Shown here: in pieces, positions 36,146-42,160 of the stretch
How the letters are laid out: each line of letters begins with the position of its first letter
Numbering within the stretch: position 1 is the first letter of the stretch
Notes under the pieces: generated by a model
The model's input: the letters and a program-made list of their open reading frames with translations, nothing else
The model's database searches: none
What the model was told of the DNA's origin: nothing
Translations under genes and position numbers: made by a program
Sequence record: SRR31156797_1306
DNA length: 42,160 bases
Strand: one strand, 5' to 3'

Positions 36146-37870
36146 TTACTCAACAATAGCTTTGAATTTAGCATCTTCAAATACTTTTGCAAATTCCATA
36201 TCAGTTTTTGCAGTAGCTTTTAAAGCAGCATCCTTAGCAACAGCAGTTTCAAGGTTTGTGAAAACCAAGTTGTTGTTGTCAGTTCTAGCACCAACTACAG
36301 CTTTCAAATAGTAAACCATAGCAGCATCGCTAGTGTTAGCATTTAACTTATCAAGAGCAACATTGTATTTTCCATCAAGGATGTTAGCTAAAGCAGCATT
36401 TACACCATTACACTCACCAAAGTGCTTAACAGCAGTGTTGTATTCAGCTTTCTTAACAGAAACAATACCTAAGTTGTAATTAACTTCTTTACCTGCACCT
36501 GTAGCAGCTCCAAAAAGAACTTCAGCTTCAGCAACATTACCGTTAACCAACTCAACAGCACCTAAGTTATTCTTAACAACTGCATTGTTAGCAGATAATT
36601 TATCAGCTTTTTCGAAGTTAGACTTAGCATCAGCAACTTTATTCATTCCGAATAAAATCATACCAGCATCGTTAAAACCTCTCCAATCGCTAGAGAATTG
36701 CTTCTTAGCAGCTTCGTAAATTTTCAATTTATCATCAGCAGAATCAACTAAAGTTGCAGAGAATAATAATTCTTCAACATTTAATTCAGCAGGAGTATTC
36801 ATTGCAAGATCTTTCAACTGAGCATCAGTTTTACCAATTAGGTCAACGTTTACAGTGAATTTAGATCTTCTCAATTTAGGAAGTACTTCTTTCTTTACAT
36901 CGTCAAAAGCAGCAGAAATGTTTCTGATTTCTTTTTCACGTACTTCAGGATCTGAGTACATAGAAAGAACACGTAAGATTAATTCTTTATCCTGGATGTT
37001 TGAAGCTTTCATTAACTTCTGGAAACCTTCCCAGTCTTCTGGAGTAACTTTAGATTTGAAGAAATCTTCAGCAGCATACTCTGCCATTTTACCTTTCTTC
37101 ATCTCTTTTTTGATGTACTTAGAAGAAGAAACTTCACGTTTACCAGCTAATTTCTCATTCCAGTCTTGCTTTCCATCAGGAGAAGCATAAGCTGAAACCT
37201 CAACACCTTTGTATTCTTTGTTTTCGTCAGCTTTAACTGCATCTAAATATGCTTTTAATACTTTCACATCTTCAGCTTTCATCTCTGACCAACGAACCTG
37301 AGAGCTGTTGATTAGGTAATGAAGATCTGCTTCCTGAGTTTCAGGAATAATTCTTTGGAAAGCATCTTTTCCTACGATGTTTCGAGGAGTATTTTGAACC
37401 ATAGTAGCTGTTGCGATAACACCATCAGCAATTTTATATGGATCAAAATCTACAGATTTTTCACCTTTACTACCAACCATTCTTACTTCAAGGTCAGAAA
37501 TTCTCATCGCTTGCTCATAAGGAATCTTACCAGTATAAGTGATTGTTTTACCAGTTTCAAAAGGAACTACAGTATTGTTTCCTTGAACTTTTTCACCTTG
37601 TAAAGTCTTAGAAGGGAAAGCTTTTTCGCCACCTTCATATTTAAGAACCGGAGTTGCAACAACAACTACGTTCTTATTAAAATACTTTGCAGGAATGTTT
37701 ACAGTAACTTTTACATCAACCATATCAGCATGTGCTTCCAATACTTCAGGAGTCACCTGATACTTGATGTTACTTGCTTCTTTCTTCATTTTGTTTAGTC
37801 CGGCACAACTTGAAAGTACGATACCAGCTAACGCTAAAGAAGCTAAGGAAATAACCTTTGATCTTTTCAT
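36146..37870 (-). CDS. Conserved lipoprotein with an OmpA-like middle domain and C-terminal TPRs
   Basis: Lipobox VLSS|C; SAYASPDG...N..LA..R; EDWEGF; LPKLRRS; Ala-rich TPR helices. Confidence 0.85.
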   Translation of the reverse strand: MKRSKVISLASLALAGIVLSSCAGLNKMKKEASNIKYQVTPEVLEAHADMVDVKVTVNIPAKYFNKNVVVVATPVLKYEGGEKAFPSKTLQGEKVQGNNTVVPFETGKTITYTGKIPYEQAMRISDLEVRMVGSKGEKSVDFDPYKIADGVIATATMVQNTPRNIVGKDAFQRIIPETQEADLHYLINSSQVRWSEMKAEDVKVLKAYLDAVKADENKEYKGVEVSAYASPDGKQDWNEKLAGKREVSSSKYIKKEMKKGKMAEYAAEDFFKSKVTPEDWEGFQKLMKASNIQDKELILRVLSMYSDPEVREKEIRNISAAFDDVKKEVLPKLRRSKFTVNVDLIGKTDAQLKDLAMNTPAELNVEELLFSATLVDSADDKLKIYEAAKKQFSSDWRGFNDAGMILFGMNKVADAKSNFEKADKLSANNAVVKNNLGAVELVNGNVAEAEVLFGAATGAGKEVNYNLGIVSVKKAEYNTAVKHFGECNGVNAALANILDGKYNVALDKLNANTSDAAMVYYLKAVVGARTDNNNLVFTNLETAVAKDAALKATAKTDMEFAKVFEDAKFKAIVE

Positions 37871-37985
37871 AACAACTACTTAATTATTTTAACTTTTAAA
37901 ATTATAATCCAGTTCAAAAACAAATTTAAGAAAATTTTATGCAAATTAAATTTATTCGATCTTTTTATTTGGAAATTCGGGGCTT

Positions 37986-38621
37986 TCAGAGAATTACTCT
38001 ATTAACACCAAATTTGCATTCGGTATTGAATATTGTTTCTGTAATTTTCTTATAATCTTCTTTGTTATTTACAAAGTCAATGTTGTTAGTATCAATCACT
38101 AAAAACTTTAAATCTCTTTGCTGTTTAAAGAAATCGAAATAGCTTTCCTGAATCTTTGTCAAATAATCTGCAGTAATTTCTTGTTCATATTCTCTTCCTC
38201 TATTCTTAATGTTATGCAGCAATTTTTCCGCATTTGAATGCAAATAAACATACAAATCAGGCTTAGGTAAAGAGTTGTAAATAATATGAAAAAATTGACG
38301 ATACAAAGTATACTCATCATCTTGCAAGGTTTGCTTCGAAAAAATGAGAGACTTCATGAAGTAATAATCTGAAATGGTAAAAGATTTAAACAAATCTCTT
38401 TCACTCAGTTCTTTTTTCAATTGATTGTACCGATCGGCAAGAAACGACATTTCCAATGGAAAAGAATACTTATCTGGATCTTTATAAAATTTCGGTAAAA
38501 AAGGATTCTCAGCGAACTGCTCCAATATCAATTTTGCATTACATTCCTCTGATATTTTGTGAGAAAGCGTTGTTTTACCCGCGCCAATATTTCCTTCAAT
38601 TACGATAAAGTTATAATCCAT
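37986..38621 (-). CDS. Deoxynucleoside kinase
   Basis: IEGNIGAGKTT, NPFLPKFY, PDLYVYL, RGREYE; start moved to ATG 38621. Confidence 0.92.
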   Translation of the reverse strand: MDYNFIVIEGNIGAGKTTLSHKISEECNAKLILEQFAENPFLPKFYKDPDKYSFPLEMSFLADRYNQLKKELSERDLFKSFTISDYYFMKSLIFSKQTLQDDEYTLYRQFFHIIYNSLPKPDLYVYLHSNAEKLLHNIKNRGREYEQEITADYLTKIQESYFDFFKQQRDLKFLVIDTNNIDFVNNKEDYKKITETIFNTECKFGVNRVIL

Positions 38622-38761
38622 TAAAAACAAGTTTCGGTTTTGGAGACATAAAAATAGAAAATGAGCGGCAAATATCAGTCTTTTTTTAAAAAAAGGAAAA
38701 GCCATTTCGAATAAAAAATTCAAGAATGACTTCTCTTTGATTAAACTATTTTTTAAAACGA

Positions 38762-40879
38762 CTAATTAAGTTCAGGTGTTATTCCCATATTGTGGAAAAT
38801 AAATGACCAAATATCAGTGTATTCCTCAATTTGTTTTGACGTTGGCATACCGCCTCCATGTCCAGCTTTAGATTCAATCCGAATAAGAACAGGATTATTT
38901 CCGGTATACTTTTCTTGCAATACAGCGATGTATTTAAAAGAATGTGCCGGAACAACGCGATCATCGTGATCAGCTGTAGTTACCATTACGGCAGGATAAT
39001 TAACGTCCTTAATGTTATGAATTGGTGAATATTTTAATAAATAATCGAACATTTCCTTACTATCAGCGCTAGTACCGTAATCGCCAGCCCAAGCCCAACC
39101 AATAGTAAACTTATGATAACGTAACATATCCATTACACCAACTTCTGGTATGGCAACTTTAAATAAATCCGGACGCTGGTTTATAACAGTACCTACTAGC
39201 AAACCACCGTTCGAGCCACCTTTTAATGCCAGTTTATCAGGGTTCGTATATTTATTATCGATTAGATATTCAGCTGCAGAAATGCAATCATCAAATACAT
39301 TTTGCTTATTTAGCTTTGTTCCTGCCTTATGCCAATCTTCTCCATATTCTCCACCTCCACGTAAATTGGCGACAACATAAATTCCTCCATTTTCTAACCA
39401 AACCAATCTTCTTGGGGTAAAATAAGGTGTCAGGCTAACATTAAATCCTCCATATCCATAAAGTAAACACGGATTTTCACCATTTAATTTTGTTCCTTTT
39501 TTATACACAATAAACATCGGCACTTCTGTTCCATCTTTACTTGTGTAAAATTTCTGTTCTGTTACAAAATCATCAGGATTAAAATTGATTTTTGGCTGAT
39601 AAAATATTTCCGATTTACCTGTCGAGAAATCGTACTTATATGCTACATCAGGAGTCGTAAACGATTCGAAACTGTAAAATGCAATATTCTCATCTTTTTT
39701 TCCTGAAAAACTTCCTGCCGTTCCAATCCCTGGTAATTCTAAATTTGATTCAAATGTTCCGTCTAGCTTTAAGATTTCAATTTTTGAGTAAGCATCTTTC
39801 ATATAAGAAGCAACCATTTTACCACCAGCTAGCTTCACACCACTCAAAACATTTTCCTTTTCAGGGATTAGAACTTTCCAATTCTCTTTAGTAGGATTGG
39901 TTACATCTACTTCAACTACCTTGTATTTAGGTGCACCATTATTGGTATACATTAATAACTTTCCATCAACGTCATCAATAATACTATGATTCAGTTCAAT
40001 TTCGTCTGTAATTAATGTAAACTCAGAAGTTCTTTTAGTCAGATCTTTAAAGTAAAGAGCATTTCCATGACTCGCCCCCATTTCTGAAAGAATCAAATAT
40101 TTTTCGTCATCCGTTACACCAACTCCATATAGCCTTTTAGGATACTTCGAATTCTCATAAATCAACTCATCTTGTTCCTGTTTGTTACCCAACTTGTGAT
40201 AATATACTTTGTGATATTCGTTAGAATTTGACAATTCACCACCTTTTTCAGGCGCATCGTAACGTGAATAGAAAAAACCATTTTTGTACCAGGAAACTCC
40301 AGTAAATTTTAGCCACATTAAATGATCATCTAAATCTTTTCCCGTAGCAATATCTCGAATATACAATTCATTCCAATCCGATCCTGATCTAGCAATTCTG
40401 TATGCTAAATACTTGCTATCTTCCGATACGGCTATGCCTGCAAGTGCAACTGTACCATCCTCGGATAAGGTGTTTGGATCAAGTAGAATTGTTGCTTCAT
40501 CGTCCAATGATTTTTGAACGTATAAAACGTACTGATTTTGCAATCCATTATTCCGGTAATGAAAATACAAATCACCTTTCTTAAAAGGAACTCCAACCTT
40601 AGGATAATTCCAAACCTCAGTAAGTCGTTTATTAATTTTTTCCCGATTTGGTATTTGCTCAAGGTAAGCATCGGTGACCTTATTTTGGGCAATTACCCAA
40701 TTTTTGGTTTCCTCCGAATTGTCATCTTCAAGCCAACGATATGGATCTTGTACTTCTGTATCGAAGTATACATCAATTGTATCGACTTTTTTCGATAAAG
40801 GATAATTCATTTTTTCTTTTGGGTTTGAACAAGCTCCAACAATCATGCATGCGATTATGGGCAAAACTATGTGTTTCAT
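38762..40879 (-). CDS. Prolyl oligopeptidase (S9A), predicted lipoprotein
   Basis: Lipobox VGA|C; DPYRWLED, YGYGGF, GGSNGGLL, DHDDRVVP, AGHG. Confidence 0.95.
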   Translation of the reverse strand: MKHIVLPIIACMIVGACSNPKEKMNYPLSKKVDTIDVYFDTEVQDPYRWLEDDNSEETKNWVIAQNKVTDAYLEQIPNREKINKRLTEVWNYPKVGVPFKKGDLYFHYRNNGLQNQYVLYVQKSLDDEATILLDPNTLSEDGTVALAGIAVSEDSKYLAYRIARSGSDWNELYIRDIATGKDLDDHLMWLKFTGVSWYKNGFFYSRYDAPEKGGELSNSNEYHKVYYHKLGNKQEQDELIYENSKYPKRLYGVGVTDDEKYLILSEMGASHGNALYFKDLTKRTSEFTLITDEIELNHSIIDDVDGKLLMYTNNGAPKYKVVEVDVTNPTKENWKVLIPEKENVLSGVKLAGGKMVASYMKDAYSKIEILKLDGTFESNLELPGIGTAGSFSGKKDENIAFYSFESFTTPDVAYKYDFSTGKSEIFYQPKINFNPDDFVTEQKFYTSKDGTEVPMFIVYKKGTKLNGENPCLLYGYGGFNVSLTPYFTPRRLVWLENGGIYVVANLRGGGEYGEDWHKAGTKLNKQNVFDDCISAAEYLIDNKYTNPDKLALKGGSNGGLLVGTVINQRPDLFKVAIPEVGVMDMLRYHKFTIGWAWAGDYGTSADSKEMFDYLLKYSPIHNIKDVNYPAVMVTTADHDDRVVPAHSFKYIAVLQEKYTGNNPVLIRIESKAGHGGGMPTSKQIEEYTDIWSFIFHNMGITPELN

Positions 40880-40959
40880 GTAGCAAAAATTTAGAATTTA
40901 TAGAAGTGTATTATGTATTTAACAAGTTCATCTAAAATACAATATACTTCACTCAAATC

Positions 40960-41448
40960 CTAAATCTGTTTCCCCTCGCGTTTACACAATTTATCTTTTT
41001 TACTTCCTAAAATATTACCAGCTGTTAATCCTACACCTGTGCATAAAAAGAAAGTAGTTGGATTAAAACTAAAAAACATACCATAAGAAACCAACAATCC
41101 AAAAACTAAACCTACCATGAAATAAATGGCAGAATAAGTGTAGGTAAAATGATGTGCCTGATAAATCTGATGTGCATCTTTTAAATGCTTTATCAATTTT
41201 TCCACTCTCTTTTCGTACTCACTTCGGTTGACACCAGATTTATTAATTAAACGATCCAAATCATCAACAATATTCTCTAATTCTTTCTTTCCATATTTAC
41301 AATCCAAGCATGAAGATTGTTTATCCAATATCGCTGCTAATCTTTTTAATTTTTCAATCTGATAAAATCTATAATCACGCACCGAAATAAATTCTTGCGC
41401 TTGTTCATCTACTTTCTTCGATATTTTATCAAGCCAGATTTCTTCCAT
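40960..41448 (-). CDS. Hypothetical membrane protein with CxxC and HxxxxH and two C-terminal TM helices
   Basis: Helical N-domain with CLDC and HLKDAH; two Gly-rich hydrophobic segments. Confidence 0.75.
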   Translation of the reverse strand: MEEIWLDKISKKVDEQAQEFISVRDYRFYQIEKLKRLAAILDKQSSCLDCKYGKKELENIVDDLDRLINKSGVNRSEYEKRVEKLIKHLKDAHQIYQAHHFTYTYSAIYFMVGLVFGLLVSYGMFFSFNPTTFFLCTGVGLTAGNILGSKKDKLCKREGKQI

Positions 41449-41493
41449 ATTACTTTTTATTTGAACTGCTAATTTAAGTATTCAGTTTAGAGC

Positions 41494-41524
41494 AAAAAAA
41501 AATCCCGGAATAAATCCGGGATTT
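41494..41524 (-). terminator. pnp terminator
   Basis: AAATCCCGGA/TCCGGGATTT with a minus-strand T run. Confidence 0.85.
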
Positions 41525-41544
41525 CAAAACATATAATAAAATGA

Positions 41545-42159
41545 CTATTTGTCTTTTTTCTCTGGCTTAGGCAAAAGAACCTTTCTTGAAAGTTTCAATT
41601 TACCAGATTTAGCATCAATATCGATCAATTTCACTTCGATTTCCTGACCTTCCTTCAATACTTCATCAACAGTGTTTAGTCTGCGATGCTCGATTTCAGA
41701 AATGTGAAGTAAACCATCTTTACCAGGAAGAACTTCAACGAAAGCACCAAAGGCAACAATCGACTTAACTTTTCCTTTGTAAACAGTTCCAACTTCAGGA
41801 ACAGCAGTGATACCTTTGATACGACCTAATGCGATATCGATAGCTTCTTTGTTGTCAGCTGAAATATCAACGTGACCTTTTCCGTCAACTTCTTCGATAA
41901 CGATAACCGCACCCGAAGTTTCCTGAATTTCCTGAATAATCTTACCACCTGGTCCGATTACTGCACCAATCATATCCTTAGGAATAACAAGAGATACAAT
42001 TCTTGGAGCGTGAGGCTTAAGATCTTCTCTTGGAGTCTCAATAGTCTCAGAAATCTTATCTAAAATATGAAGACGTCCGTCGCGAGCTTGCATTAATGCT
42101 TGCTCCAATACTTCATATGGAAGTCCGTCAACTTTAATATCCATTTGAGTAGCAGTAAT
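41545..42159 (-). CDS. pnp: Polyribonucleotide nucleotidyltransferase (3' part; starts beyond the window)
   Basis: [11 protein letters not shown] domain [13 protein letters not shown]1 domain FGAFVE...DGLLHISEI. Confidence 0.97.
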   Translation of the reverse strand: MTATQMDIKVDGLPYEVLEQALMQARDGRLHILDKISETIETPREDLKPHAPRIVSLVIPKDMIGAVIGPGGKIIQEIQETSGAVIVIEEVDGKGHVDISADNKEAIDIALGRIKGITAVPEVGTVYKGKVKSIVAFGAFVEVLPGKDGLLHISEIEHRRLNTVDEVLKEGQEIEVKLIDIDAKSGKLKLSRKVLLPKPEKKDK

Positions 42160-42160
42160 A

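Noticed and set aside
14307-38723. Long N-terminal extensions in the track for ispE, tgt, rsmG, MBL hydrolase, thpR, elbB, arcA and the deoxynucleoside kinase
   Set aside because: They overlap promoters or neighbouring genes and precede the conserved family start; downstream starts were chosen.
1579-42063. Many short ORFs in the track overlapping long genes (e.g. 1579..1950, 2868..3122, 13612..13854, 36855..37190, 41872..42063)
   Set aside because: Antisense or alternate-frame shadows of well-supported genes with no independent motifs.

Overview
AT-rich chromosomal window from a Bacteroidota bacterium. Gene content, TAnnTTTG promoters and Gln+1 signal peptides suggest a marine Marinilabiliales/Marinifilaceae-like organism (inference). 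Positions 1-9511 (minus strand) hold a surface-protein locus: two large modular lectin/Ig adhesins (1331 and 801 aa) followed by at least three tandem Ig-like paralogs (two complete at ~270 aa, one cut by the window edge). None of the four complete proteins has a recognisable T9SS C-terminal domain or lipobox, yet all end in the same short P-x-x-x-x-I-x-F tail. This is the best candidate for an undescribed fibre or anchoring system. Positions 10450-11300 contain a structured ~195 nt ncRNA with its own promoter and terminator, and a frameshifted GxxExxY nuclease-fold gene enclosed by 10-bp-periodic inverted repeats. The rest is mostly housekeeping: dnaB, ispE, acyl-CoA carboxylase beta plus biotin carrier, LptF/G, tgt, a degenerate GT2 with an ECF sigma, rsmG, rpmH, PASTA protein, RluA-family synthase, ddl, gcvP, thpR, elbB, arginine deiminase, SpoU methylase, TPR lipoprotein, deoxynucleoside kinase, prolyl oligopeptidase and the 3' part of pnp. 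A second candidate sRNA lies between ddl and gcvP. No tRNA, rRNA, CRISPR array or transposase was seen. Family names are recognised from memory of motifs, not from database searches.
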